Shown piece by piece: positions 29,298 through 43,400 of a DNA stretch of 64,000 nucleotides. The stretch comes from Podarcis pityusensis (taxonomy: Eukaryota). The notes beneath the pieces are model-generated. The model was not told where the DNA came from, ran no database searches, and worked only from the letters and a program-made list of their open reading frames with translations. The position numbers were made by a program, and so were the translations under genes. The DNA is taken from NCBI GenBank assembly GCA_964106645.2, contig OZ067038.1; one strand, given 5' to 3'. Positions within the stretch are counted from its first letter, which is position 1. Each line of letters opens with the position of its first letter.

Positions 29298-29991
29298 CCA
29301 GGCTTTGTCTAGTTTCAGCGGTTTTATTACCTTCTTTTTTATTACCTACTTTTGCTTCTTTTATTACCTTGCATGTTTTTGTTGTAGTTGCATACTTATT
29401 TTAGTCTGGCTTATTGCTTGCTTTGATTGTATCACCTGCTGTCAATCCCTCTGGGTGGGGTACAAATTTAATAAATAATATTAATGGAGTGCAGACACAT
29501 TTTATACACAGCTCAGATTTTGTCCAGTGTTTCACTCTTCAAAAATGCTACCCAGGACTCCAGACTGATATTTAGAACTCAAACGTTGCTATTACTTATT
29601 TCTACAGCACCATCATAGTGCACAGAGCAACACAAGTCCGCTCACCCTCTCAGTGTGGCGGCGTTGCGGGACGGCAGAGGCGCCTCCTAAGTCCCTAATG
29701 AGGGTGGCTCGGGATCAACACCCTGTTCGGATGAGCGGCGGGGGCGCTCCAGCTTTCAGGATCTGGATGTGAGCCCAGGATTGGCAAATGGGCGTGCAGA
29801 TTTGGATGCAGGCTGGGCCAGGGGGAGGAGCTGATGGAGCAGGAGGGCTTCCCTCAGGCCATGCCCAGGTAATTTAAGCAGCCTGTATCTGGGGTCCTTA
29901 CCTGGGTTTCCCCATCGTGCTTAACAGAGTAGCACAAGCCAAAAAGGCAGGCTCTTGCCTCGTAAAGCTTACAAGTGAAATTGGGTAATTA

Positions 29992-30241
29992 GAAGAAGAA
30001 GAAGAGTTTGGATTTGATATCCCGCCTTTCACTCCCTTTAAGGAGTCTCAAAGCGGCTAACATTCTCCTTTCCCTTGCTCCCCCACAACAAACACTCTGT
30101 GAGGTGAGTGGGGCTGAGAGACTTCAAAGAAGTGTGACTGGCCCAAGGTCACCCAGCAGCTGCATGTGGAGGAGTGGAGACTCAAACCCGGTTCCCCAGA
30201 TTACGAGACTACCGCTCTTAACCACTACACCACACTGGCTC
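29992..30241 (-). mobile_element. tRNA-derived SINE (squamate), near full length
   Basis: Minus strand starts GAGCCAGTGTGGTGTAGTGGTTAAGAGCGG (A box)...GGTTTGAGTCTCC (B box-like), MIR-like core GTGACCTTGGGCCAGTCAC, (TTC)n tail. Confidence 0.8.
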
Positions 30242-30744
30242 TAGGTGCAAAAGTGGTTCAATGGAGAATATGTATCATACGCTGTTTTAATTCCTTCATC
30301 TCTGTTGCTTGCAGCCTAGAAAAATAAGCCTAGTAGCTTTTCTCACTGTGTGTAATGGCCCCACAACAAGATAAAGTCTGGTTGATGCTTTGCTTACTAG
30401 CCAAATTTGTTGCAGTGATGAAATTTAGGCAGGAATACAAATGTGAGGCCCATCTTATAATGTGAAAATAAAATTATGGGTGGGACAATAGCACAATAAC
30501 TCTGTTGCCATAGCACATCCTTCCTTAGTTCTTCCTGTACACCTGTTGGGTTATAAGCTCATCTGGAAGGTATGTAAATATGAAAAACATTATTATATTG
30601 AAAGATTTTGTATTGTATTGCAGTATTGCTGCAACATTGTCTTAAGCAGCTTAATTAATAACTGTAGATACAATTCTACGCAGGCCAGGTTTGGGCTGGA
30701 TATCACAACATTTGTTAGCCCTATCAGATCATCTTCCATGCTTA

Positions 30745-31239
30745 CTGTATTTTTCCATGTATAAGACAATGCTTTTTGCTAAAAATAAAAAAAGCAAAAA
30801 TTGGGTTTCGTCTTATACACGGATAGTGAATGCAGAGGGGGGACGTGCGATTAATGGCAGCAGCAAGCAGGAGATTGGCAGTGGCGATTGGGCCGGTGAC
30901 TGGTGGCTGCGGCAAGGCCTGCTGGAGATTGGCTGTGGCTGTGGCAGTTGGGCAGGTGATTGGCAGCTGTGGCGAGGAGGGCAGGTGATTGGTGGCTATG
31001 GCATGTGGGCGGGTGGGCTGTTGCTGGTGGCGAGCGGGCAGACAATTGGCGGTTGCGGTGAGGTGTGCGATCAGCAGTGGCTGTGGCAAGTGATCGGCAG
31101 TGGCGGGCAACGTGGGTGAGCGATTGGTGGAAGTCACTTCCCCCACCCCCACCCCCAAAAGCTAAACAACTTAATTTCGGGTTAAAAAAAATAGGGGTTC
31201 TCTTATACATGGAGGCATCTTATACACGGTAAAATACGG
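30745..31239. mobile_element. Tc1/mariner-type MITE with internal degenerate GC-rich tandem repeats
   Basis: TIRs CTGTATTTTTCCATGTATAAGA / TCTTATACACGGTAAAATACGG with TA flanks; internal repeats of GATTGGC(A/T)G(C/T)GG-type units at about 30850-31130. Confidence 0.7.
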
Positions 31240-34200
31240 TAATCCCTTGCTTTCTTGGATGGGAACAAGATGTTCTGTACAGGACAGCTTAAATATCCCT
31301 ATTACTCAAAGGAAGCACAGTTTCAAATCCCTACTCAGCCATTCAATAGTAGAACATGCGTAGGGTCCCAGGTTCAACCTCCCACATCTCCAGGTAGGAC
31401 TAGGAAAGTCTCCCTGGAGCAATGTTGCCAGTCAGTGTAGACAAGACTGACAACAGTGTAGACAACATGGACCAATGGCCTGATGCAATCTAAGGCAGCT
31501 TCCTCTGTTCCTCATGGTGAACTAGACCTAATTATCCTCTCTTGGCCTAGTTTATTGCATCACTTCACACGAAAGGAGCCCCAAAGCAATTTACAGGGAC
31601 AACATACAACAAAAAGCCATTAAAATGAAATAAATGTACTTTAGAATGTGCATTGTCCAACAACGTAAAAAACTACCCCTACCATATAAGGATGAACACA
31701 CAAAAAAGGACCAAAAGCCAGAGCATTGGTGCTGTCCACATGCTCTGGAGAACAAAAACATGTTCACCTGGCACCAGAAGGATGACAAAATATACCAGTC
31801 AAGCCTTCCACAATCGGGTGTGGGGGCACTGAAAAAAACTGCCACCGTCCAAACATCTCTTGCATGGGCACACAGGGAAAGGGGCTCAGAGGTTGGTCTC
31901 AGGGACCAAGTAGGCTCATATGGGCAGAAAGAGGTCCTTAGCCATGCAGCACTTTGTCAGTTAAAACCAGCAATTTGTGGTTATTATGATAAAAGGGACA
32001 ATCACCATGGGTGGGATCCAGCTAGTGCACAAGAGCTTCTACTTGTATCACAGGGTTCCTCCTCCTCCTCCTATGCCCCCCCCCCCAATTTTTTGGGTTT
32101 TGGGGAGAACCACTAGAACAGTGTGCAGGGTGAGAAGAGGCGGGCTTGTTCCATCTGGCAAAGTGAAATGCCTGCCCTAATAGAAGAGTTGCCTTAGAAG
32201 AGTTGCATTGAATTCCTCCATGTGTATGTTGCCCAGAGCTTGTTTTAGAAGAGCAGGATACAAATGTAATGAAATACTTTTTGTATTTGGAAAGAAGTCT
32301 AATAAAAAAGTGATCTAAAGCAGATTTCATTGTGCTAATATACAGGGGACTGAACAGAAAAACTGCTTTGCTGACAGCATCAACAAAAGATTGTCAGTAT
32401 CGCCTTTTTTTACCGGCAGGATCTTATAGGAATGTGCATTCAAGGACAATGAATGCTGAGTAACTGGAAAACATCCAAACCTTAGAGAATTACTGGCAGA
32501 AATCTAATTAATCATAAGAGTAATGGACAAGTTAATAGCTGAGTATTCTGCAGAGCATTCACATGAGAGAGACAGAGAGCGCTTGTACAGTGATGACAAC
32601 TTCATACGGAATTATATATGTGCATTTTTCTAGATACATAATTTTAAATAGGCTTACATAATTTAAACCTGAAAAATACGTCGCCCAAGGCAAAGAAGAA
32701 CCAATCACAGGGAAATTTATTTATATAGGTCTGCAATTCTATTTTCACTTGAAATACAAAGGGAGAAAATTGATGTATTGAGTGATACAGTCACTTTGAT
32801 CTTTGAGTAACTAGGCCCAAGTGGTTGTCAGAGTAACTACAAGTATGATTTTAAGAGCATAAGAAAAGCCTTGCGTGGCTGAACTAGCAGTCTTTATAAT
32901 CCAGAATTCTTGCCCCCAACAGATGTTAGGCTGTGAAAACATTGCCAGCTTAAAATGCTACAACATTATTCTTTTTCTCAACTCAGATTGAAGCTGTTTT
33001 GGGGAAAGACATAAAAACGTAGTATATAATAAGAAACAACAGGATAGGTACAGGATTATGGTTAACATTGTGTGTGTACTGCTTCCCAAACCAGTGTTTT
33101 GAGTATATAAAATCCAAAATAAATGGGAGTGTGTACATAGCCTAAGTTAGCCATCCCCTGTTTGCCCTCAGCATATGATAATTGAAGGTATACTGCTCTA
33201 AACATGGAGGTTCAATTTCGATTTTTCAGAAGTTTCAGCAGAAAGCAAGAATGTAATTCTGTAACTCCTAGAGAACTTGGATTGACAAAGGTAAATATTC
33301 ATTTGCAGTTCATCAATTTAGCTTATTTCTACAATACACTGCAGTATTATAATTATCTCTTAAATCTGTGTATTGAATTTATTTATAACTACAGACTTGC
33401 CATACTGAAGGGTTCATGGTAGGTTTCAAACTACTGTAGTTTATGAAATTATCTCATCTGTGAAAAGCACAAACAAGTAAAGTAAACTCTCTGGTCTGTC
33501 ATTGCTCCCGTGATCAATATAAAGCAAATACTAGCCCCATCTCCTGAGAATACTCTTACACGTCTCTGCTTATATGTAGCATCCTCAGATAGTAGGTGTG
33601 TCAGCACCAAAAGGAAGCAAGATGACGATCAGCTCTAGCTATTTCTAGCTGAATAACAAACCCTTGGGAGCCATTACCAGCATATGTTGTTGCCCCAGCT
33701 GAAAACAGCTTTGCAGGAAAACACTCCATGATTTGCAGTGAATACAGCTAACCAAACTGAGGGAGCATAATAACATGTGGAGCATTGGTTGATGTAACCT
33801 TGATAAATGAATATCATGGGGTGGCCATATTTTATCCATTACTGTGTATAACAGATGATGTTTTCATTCTCTTATTTTTTAAAGTCCATAATTTTTAAAC
33901 TATAATTGTAGGATAAAAGGTCACATTTCCCGAAACCAAAGTTTTGGTGAAATATACAACAGCAGAAGCCTGCCTTATTTAAAGCAAGACCACTCGTCTA
34001 TCTGCTTCTGCATTGTCTCCACTGCATTGTCTACATTGACTGGCAGTGTAAATATGAACCTCTCCAGGGTCTCAGATGGGAATCTTTCTCAACTCTACCT
34101 GGGGATGCCAGGGATTGAACCTGAGACCGTTGGCATGCAACACACGTTCTGTACCACTGAGCTCTGTCCCTTCTTCAATCTTCTGCATCACACATTGTGC

Positions 34201-34442
34201 ATATTTAGAAATAGATACACAGCTCCATAGCCAGTCCCAGCCGAGTGGCACTGTCATGCTTTGGTGTACATATTTTAAAACACGTTTGTGAAATAGCAGT
34301 TTATTTTATTTCCTGAACTGTTCTTCTTTTCTACCTCTTTGCTTAGGTATCTTCTCATGTCCCGTTTTCAGACACTTCGATTTACCAAGGAATGTAGCTG
34401 AACATTTATTTATTGGGGACTTTTGCTACAATAACCCAAGCC

Positions 34443-37400
34443 ATGGCGAGGGTAAGTGGACAATATTCTGAAGCACACCTGGTGGCCACAGAACCACATG
34501 AGGGCCAATAGACAAGCAAGGCTTACTTAAGAGTACACCCATTGAAACAAATGGAGTAAAATAATGGCAGTCAATGGGTCTCCTGTGAATATGAGCCACT
34601 CCCTTGGCTTAACACTATTAGTTGTCACAAATAATGGTCATTCAGGTTAAGTACAGGCAGCATAGCATTGATAGTGCAGAAGGCAATGATAGGATCATCA
34701 GCTTCTGGGAGGTACTTCCTTCTCTGATTGTTTTATTCATTGAGTATGTAATGAGTATGGGTTGCTCGTGCGTAAGTTGCCGCCTCTCCTGGCTATGTTG
34801 CCTTGTTTAAACCTTTCTGTCTGGACAGCCCTTCACTTCGTGGCTGCCTCAGTCGCTAGCAGAATCCATCAGTGGGCGTTTCTTAAACCTTTTCCAACAT
34901 AAAAGTTGTTTGACGCCAAGTCTCCTCCTACTCTCCCTGCGCGGAAGCCTTCTGCGCAGGGAGGGCGTGGGTAGCGGAGGACCCGTGCTCTCCCCGCTGG
35001 TGTCCGGTGAAGAGTCCTGGAGCCCTCTCGCCAATTCCCCCATCTGCCCCCCTTTATCTCTGGTGTTGCGCTGATTTGCTTCCCCATCTGCTGAGCTGCC
35101 TCTCTCCCTGCTGGGCCCTTCTCGAGCATCATTTGAGAGCCTCCCCTCCACCTCTAGCTCCGATGTCAGTTCCCTGACAGAGTATTACATTTATATCTCA
35201 TCTTCCTCCTGAGAAACTTAAGGTGGCCTACTTGGTTCTCCCCCTCCCTATTTTATCCTTGCAACAACCCAAGCTGAATGGAGTTTTGAATGTTATGTTT
35301 CGTGGCTGAGTAGCCTTTGGAACCCCAGTCTACCAAGTCATAGTCTACTAACCCCACTATGCCATGTTGCCTAAGCACCTAAAAACACCAGGTGCTGTAC
35401 ACATAAGCTTAAATGTAGACGAGGCCCAGTCTGCAGGCTTAAAATCAAATAAACAGGAAAGGAGGGGAAGAAGGTGGCAGCAGCAGGGCTGGTGGAGAAA
35501 ATAAGGCAGACTTCCCCATTCTGCTTCCAGTTTAGATGCTGCAGAGGAAGCAGACACCTGGAAGCATCCTCAGGTGGCTGTTAATGTAGGCAGATCAAGT
35601 TTCAAACCTAAGGGATTTGTCTTATGGTAACTAACTGTTCCCTGTTTGATGACGCAATAGTTCCCCTCATGTTTCAGCACAGCCCATTATGTTGCACAAG
35701 GCTGGAGTGCAAATACGGTGAGAACGTTTGGGAGGCAGAAAGTTAATGAGGGAAAGCGGAGGGCTGGAGGGAGCAGCGAACTCCAGGCAAGGGGGTTCCT
35801 TTCGCTACAGAAGTGAGCATTGCAGTTTTCAGGATTCTTTGGGGGAAGCCATGTGTGGTGTGGATGTGATTTTAGATAATTGGTGCAGACTATTTCATAC
35901 TCTTCAACCCTCCATATTTAAGCAGGACACTCCGGAATTACAGAAGCCACCCTGACTTCTGATTAGATCATGGAATGATCCCCATTTGGGGGTCTGGTGC
36001 TCTGGCGCGAGTCAGTGGGCTCACATCAGAGCACCGGACCAAAAGACGCTTGTTTTTAAGTCTTATGCAGGTCACCTGGCTCCCGCGAAAGCTTGGGAGC
36101 AAAAAACGAGCGTCCCAATTTTGATCAGCAGCATGTTGGAGGGTATGCTATTTTAGCATGAAAAGCATTAGATAAGCATTTATGTGGCTGCTGCAGCTGA
36201 GGTTGCTTCCCTGCCTAGAATGTTCACCTTACAAAGAGTTTTACTGGTTGCTTTGAATCAATCTAAGTATATTCTTTGTAGCCAGCATGGAAAGGAAAAG
36301 GAAGGGGCAGCTTTGGGACTGCCAGCTGAAATCAAATACTGTGGTTTTGTGGGGCTATGTTTGCCTTGAAGCCTAACGAGCCTGTAAAAAACATTTTTTT
36401 ATCACAAGTGCCGCACAGGAATCACCAACAGAGAAGGAAAATCTCTTCTGCAATTGCTTTATATTTGTTTTCGTTAAAGAAATAACACTGGTTCGCTTAA
36501 GACTTTGAAGTAAAGATAAAGCAGCACGGCCTACAAACCAATTGCAGTCTTTGAAAAGTTAACAGAAAAGTAACTAGTGTGTGACAGAGTGACCTAGCTT
36601 AGTTTTTTACCTGAACATCCCCTCTACTTTTTCTACACAGTGGGAAGTTCAGGCCAGGGTTGCCCTGATGGGATCCCTTTGCTTTGGAAGAGAGAATACT
36701 TCAGAGACTTGTACTATCTTTGCAGTATTCTTGTTTAATTACACATTTACATGTTGAGGAGTATCACATAGTAACAAATATAGGCAGCTCCAGATTTCAA
36801 CATTTCAGACACCCCCCAGTCCCGATATCAGCTCATTTCAAAAATTTAGTAATTCTGTAAAGCAACCACTTGCTTCCAGCACTCTGCCACCCGGCTTGGA
36901 ATTACAAGCAAACTTTTTAAAAATACATTGGAGTGTCTTGATCATTGAGAGCAAGTTTGATGTAGCATACAAATAAGAGTGTTTACTTTGCCTGGAGTAT
37001 TGTGTCTCAGTCTAATTTACTTGACTAGGTTATTGCAAAGATGAATGACATAAGAATTGGAAAGTGCAAAAGTGTTGAAACAACTATCTGTCATCTAGTT
37101 GGCAAACTGGCAGATTACTGTAGGAAAAGATTAAAACCTGGGTGTAGCTTGAGCCTTATAAAGACTGAATGCTGTTCAGTTTGGGAAGGAGCTACTGTAT
37201 ATCATTGGGTAGTGGCAATCGCCTCTAAATTTTGTGACTTGTCAGCACAAAAGCCAAAATGGGATGCGCAAACCAAATGCAAATATGGCCGCATAAATGC
37301 ATCTGTTTTACAAACATAACTACACTCAGTGCTAAATCTCATTTCATAATGTTGTTGCTTCACTTTTTCAAAACAGCTAGGAAAACACTTTTACTAGGAA

Positions 37401-40400
37401 AATGCCTCTATATTGAATCATAACTAATAATAATTACTAATACTAAAAAGTCTTAATAATGTCTTTACATGTGCAAACCATTCTACATTGCAGAATTTGG
37501 AGGATAGGGCCCAAGGACTGTGAGGTAGAGTCAAAGGACGGGTCTAATTTCAGGATTTGTGAAAGTGCTTCCCATAAAAATGCCATTCAGGGAAAATCCA
37601 GTTCCAGTGTTCTTTACCTTGCCTTTGATGCTTGCTTGTTTCTCACTGTTTAGCTGTCCACATTAGCAACTATGTGCCACCTTTTCATTCCGTTGCAAAG
37701 GTGAGCCAAGGAAACCAGGAGGAAGCATAAAACTGGAAGGTCAGTTCCAGAAAAGCATAGGGAAGATTCTAAAAAGCACTTTGAAGACAAAAAGTAATAG
37801 CTGTAGTCTACTTAAAGCTAACATTGCCTGGAACAGCCTGCAGCACGCCCCCATAACCCTCTGGGGGGTTCATCATGCTAACAGAATTGCCTGGGAACAA
37901 CAACAAAAACCTTGAGTCAGATTGATATAATGACATAGGTGCAGGGAGAGTGGCTTTAACCCTTTGCTCCTGCTATTGTCCTTATTAGAACTGGGGTCCC
38001 ACATGACTGCTATCTGCAATAGGAGCAAAGCTTGTGGAAAGATTCTTAATACGAAAACATGCTGTATAGATTATCACACTGTGAAATAATAATATATGTA
38101 GTACATAAGAACATAAGAAGAGCCTGTTGAATCAGGCCCATAGCCCATCTAGTCCAGCATCCTTCTCTCACAGTGGCCAACCAGATGCCTGTATGAAGCC
38201 TGAAAGCAGGATTCGAACACAAGGGCACTCTTCCCTCCTGTGGCTTTCAGAAGTACTGCTGCCTCCAGCTGTAGTGGCAGTGTACAAACAGTACAAAATA
38301 GCTGTAAGCATATACAGCTGATCAGTTATCATGGAACCCCATGTAGGGTATAAGGTAAATGGAATAACCAAAATGTTTATTGATATTTCATAACCCTGGA
38401 ATTAAAAGTTGACAGGATGCCAGTCTACAGCCTGTTTTGTCCATTGCCTTGTTCAGGAATCGCCACATGTTTAGTTAAGAGTGTTGTAGAATCAACACAC
38501 ACATTGAAAAATCAGATAGCACAACTAACCTTACGCTAAGCTATGCAGCTGCGGTGTGCTTATAATAAACAGAGAATCAATAATTCCTATCTAAAATATC
38601 TACCCAGGAATATTATATGTATATGCCTGTCATTTTTTATGCTTCCTATCTTTCCAGTGAGTCACTAGTTCTTCTTTTTGGCAAGCCATAAGAAGCCTCT
38701 CAGCTTATATACAATTTTTCACAATTTGATGTTTGAGAGTGTTTTCCTTATCTGTGTACTGAAGATTAATTTGGCAAGGTCTCATCCGGGCCGAGCCTGC
38801 TATGTCTTTCTAAGAGGTACACCCATGGAAAATGCAAAGCAAAAGTGAAGAGAATGCCTTCAAATATATGCAGAATGCTTTCCCCTCGATGCTTTGTTAA
38901 CATTGTTTATCTGAATTGTTTGAACTCTGCTTTGTCGCTTTCCAAACATACTCTGTCTACTAGGGTATTCTCCCAGCCATCTGTTGTGTGCAGAGAGCTT
39001 TTCATACAAAACTGTGTGCCGCAAACAGATATTTGCGTGACAATTCTTTTTGTGTAATCAGGACTGTGGCTCAATGGTAGAGAATCTGTCTTGCATCCAG
39101 ATGTCCGCAGATTCAATCTCTGGTGTTTTGTTGTGCTTTTATATATGTTGAAAGCTCCCCAGAGTGACTGGGGAGGGCAGGATATAGATTTAAAAAATAT
39201 TATTTATAATTATTATTTTCTATACCTCAACATGCTTTTGACTTGCAAAAGTGTAAAAGATGTGCAATCTTTAAAAAGTCCAACTTCCACATTTGCATTA
39301 AGTTTAGACATCTCTGTAAGTTAATGGGAGTCACCCCAAATTTAAGTTTAGTTTTATTCAGGTCTAAGCTGTTGTTCTTGTTCTTGTTGTCATTGCAGAA
39401 TTGCTCTGGATGTAAAGAGAAGAGGCCTGCACACAGTCTGTGTACTAACTGCAACAAGTGGCTATGCAGCTTGTGTACAGAAGAGCACGGGCATGGCAAG
39501 GAAACAGGAGACAATTTCTTGCCTATACCATTGAAGGGATGTTCAGGTAGAAATGTAATCTCATGCGGTTCTGTTTTTGCCAAACTTCACAGTGAAGTGC
39601 CACTTGTCCCCATTAAACAGCTGACTTGTGTCACCTGCCACCTGCACTGCTTCCTTGCTTGCTTGCTTGTTGCCTGCCATTCTGTTGCCACACATTCTGC
39701 ATGCCAACGACCTTACATTTTTATGTATATAGGAAGAAAATTGCTATTTTCCTTAGAACAAGGAGTGCACCAAGGGAAACTTACATCTGGGGAAAATATT
39801 CTTACAAATGCACTAGAATGCAAAGTCAGTCCTCCAGCAATCTCTACCCATTCCAGAGTCCTCTCAAATTCCTCAGAAACTAAATGCAACATAGATAACT
39901 TATTGGAATGTTTTCTCCACAGACAAAGTAGTGGAGATTTGTGGAGAGCATCAGTAGCTTTAGTGTGTAGGTGTTTAAGGTCTTTACTTCTGAAGGAAGC
40001 TTCAGAAATCCCCTGGGGATTTTTGCCCACCTTTGTTGAAATGTTTTCTGGAATCAAGGCCCCCAATTCCTGTCTTCAGTATGCAAAATGAGACTGGGAG
40101 AATCTAGCTTTTCATTATTTGTTAATTTCATTAATTTAAAATTCATGCAGTGATAAGCATAGAAGAAAGATGCCAGATAACTACATTCCCATCAAAAGAA
40201 AACATGGCACCAAAGTTAATGCATACCCTAATAAAATATGCAACACTGCTACATACAAGTGGCAGTTTAATAAAGTATGTAACATGCTGTATTATACATT
40301 ACATCTAGATGAGGCAAAAGCTGGTTGTGAATTTGAGGAAATGAAGTTGAGCAAGTCTTTGGAATGGGAACTTGGCTGGAAACTTGCCTTAAGAATGTAA

Positions 40401-43400
40401 ATGACTTTCCCCTTAACTGTCCTAGGAGGCAGGCATGCCAGTAACAAAAAAGAAAAAGAAAGAAAAAGAAAAAGACCATATTTATACTCAACTCCCATTA
40501 GTGCCTGGTAGTTTTCCTTTCTTTGAAGCTAGTAGTAAGTGATTGAATCAGAACAATCTCACAGGGACTAAGGGATCTGATGCATGTGCATATCAATATT
40601 TATTAGGCATGTTTCTTGGGGGAAAGGAAGATCACATACACCTACTGATCTGGGAAAACTTCGGAACTCAACGTATGTGCATTGTAGCCTGAGGATGGAT
40701 AAATACGTATAGTAGAAGCTGAAGCATTTCATACAGAGCTTTGAGAACAGAATCAGTTAGTGGTTGAATTAAGCAAATTATACTCAGGATAGGTGATCTT
40801 CTTTCTGCTTTGCTGTTGACATTGTGCGCCAAAGAAACTCTGGTGTTGTGCTTAAAATAGATTAGGAAAATAAACTGTAAATGCAAATTTGTTTATTTTG
40901 CATAAGAGTGCTCAGATTACATGCTCTATTCCAAACTTAATAAAACTACAAGAGAATAGGGGGAGAGCAGTAGAATGACAGTAGGGCAAGAACTTAAGGC
41001 AAATGCCATGGCATTTTTGTATGCCTCTGGAGTAATTTTGTATTAATCCTGCTTTCCAGGAGCTGATGGGGAAACAAGTGAATTTCCCTTGTTCTGCCCA
41101 ATGCACAGTCAAGAGACACTCAAACTGTTTTGTGAGACCTGCGACGCCCTTACTTGCCGCTGCTGCCTTCTAACGGAGCACAAGGAACACAGGTACTAAA
41201 TATTTATTGTCCTTTGTTCTTAGTCTAGTGCTACAAGGAAGAGCCTAGTGATTGAAAGGATAAGGTTGCCCCACTTTATTTTTCTATCACAATGTTTCTT
41301 CAGCTGTACAGAAGGTCACACATCCCACTATGCAATGTAAACTTCCACTGTTTTCACATGATGCACTTACCACACCATCCTGTCTTACCTAGAGGTAAGA
41401 CCCAGAACAGAATTGAAACCTTTCTTGGGAAAAAGTCTCATAGTACTCAATGGAGGTAACTTCCAAATTAGTTTGGACAGGATTGGGCTGTGAGCACATT
41501 TTGTGTCCCATTTTGAATACTATGAAAGTGGGAAAGAATTTGGAGGAAGAACGGAAAGTATAGGCCAATGCAGGTTTTAGATTAATCTTTGGAGGTTATT
41601 TGGAGCAAAGCTGATTTCGACTTCACATATGAAGATTATTGTGGTTTCCTCAGTTCTTCATCAAACACTTATGCAATTAAGTAGACATTTGTGATTATGA
41701 AGGGAAGGTGAAGCAGTCTGTGTAGCTGTTACAAATGATATTGTGTTTTTTGATAGTTGTGGAATAAACGTGAGTAATAAAAAAACTAATAATGTGGTTC
41801 AGGAAACAGTTTTAGGAGAAGGCAGCTGTCAAATATGTACCCAGATTTGCACACATAATCTGGTAGTCCAGGCCTTGACTGGGCGGTACATAAATAATGA
41901 TGCCAAGACAGTAGAAAAGCTGCTGGGGTCTTCTGGAAAGTTTTTGGTTGACTGGACCTTAGGCAGATCCACACCATACATTTAAAACACATCCTATATA
42001 TGTTTAAAGTGCATAACTTGCCCCAAATAATCCTGGGAAGTGTAGGTGCTGAGAACAGTAGCTCTGTTTGGGGAAAACTTCAGTTCCCAGGGTTCTTTGG
42101 GGGAGTCCATGTGTTTTGGATGTGTGTTGAATGTGCTTTAAATGTGTGCTGTAGATCTGCCCTATCTTCAAACATACATATTTAACACTTCCTGACTGCA
42201 TCATGTGTGACTTCCATATGTGAAGGAGCCATCATGGGTCAAACACCAAAGACAAAGGTGTCTCCTCCTTTCAGGCACTTTGTTGTTCAGTGGAGGCAGT
42301 TTGCATATTTAGTGGTGTGTCATTTATGTGTTGAGTAGTCAAATCTAGACAGTACAAGTGATGTATGAACCTGCCCACGTTGTCTGGTGCAGGGGTGGGG
42401 AACATGTTTTGGCCTGAGGATCACGTTCCCATATGGGCAATCTGTCAGGGGCCACACGCCAGAGGCGCAAATCCTCCTTGCGTTGGATTTGAACCGAAGA
42501 CTGCTCACTGTTAATGTATGAATTTATTAGTAGAAGAGTTAAAAAAACACACAAAAGGCTTCTCTTCTTTTCCTAGGTTCAGGCATCTCCATGAAGCTTT
42601 ACAAAACCAGAGAGCCATCCTGGAAAATGTGACGGCTAAAGTGGAAGAGAAGAAAAATGGGGTGCAGGTCTCAGCCAAACAGATTGAAGACAGGTAACTT
42701 TCAAGGACACATTCTAGGCAAGGAAGAACAGAGACGGTTTGGCTGGGGACAGGATACAAACACTTTACAAGGAACAGAAAGAGAGCCCGGGTGCCCTGGA
42801 TGGTTGCATTTGGCCTCAGATCTAATGTTCCCACAATAAGGCAGTCAGTGATGTTTTTGAAGGTGGCCTAAGTAGGGACATAACTGGGGCACATCATTTT
42901 AAGGAAAGGGGTGTGGCTTGCCTACTTGCTTCCCCCACCCCCACTTTTCTTTGATTCCATATCTGGAGTGATGAAGGGGAAAGTGTGCAGAACTCTCTGA
43001 CCCTCTTGGGCAGAAAAGCATGGGGTGTGTGCTTTTGCTGGAGATAAACGCTTCAAAGAGAGGAGATCTGACTACCATGCTGTCTTGTTCTAGGTATTCA
43101 GTAACATGTGAAAGAGGTGGCCAGTTTGTCTAGCTGTGTTAGATGGGAGGGCAAACATCCTTTGGCGTTTTGCTAAATCTACAGGCCAGTCTTGTGCAAG
43201 TTTGTTCAGAACTATGTTCTGTTCAGTGGATTGCAATCCTAAATTATAGTAGCTTAGAATAATTAGTAGTTTAGAAAGATTGAGGGCACAAGGAGAAGGG
43301 GACGACAGAGGACGAGATGGTTGGACAGTGTTCTCGAAGCTACGAACATGAGTCTGACCAAACTGCGGGAGGCAGTGGAAGACAGGAGTGCCTGGCGTGC

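Noticed and set aside
30691-31210. Gly/Trp- or Ala/Thr-rich repetitive ORFs
   Set aside because: They arise from degenerate tandem repeats inside a MITE; no splice or domain support.
39060-39125. tRNA-like sequences (also about 34090-34165, 55455-55510, 62125-62185)
   Set aside because: Degenerate A/B boxes without a full cloverleaf; these are heads of tRNA-derived SINEs, not tRNA genes.
39243-40091. 282-aa ORF as a separate gene
   Set aside because: Only 39399-39546 (TRIM66 B-box 1 exon) is protein-like and splice-bounded; the rest is intron read-through.
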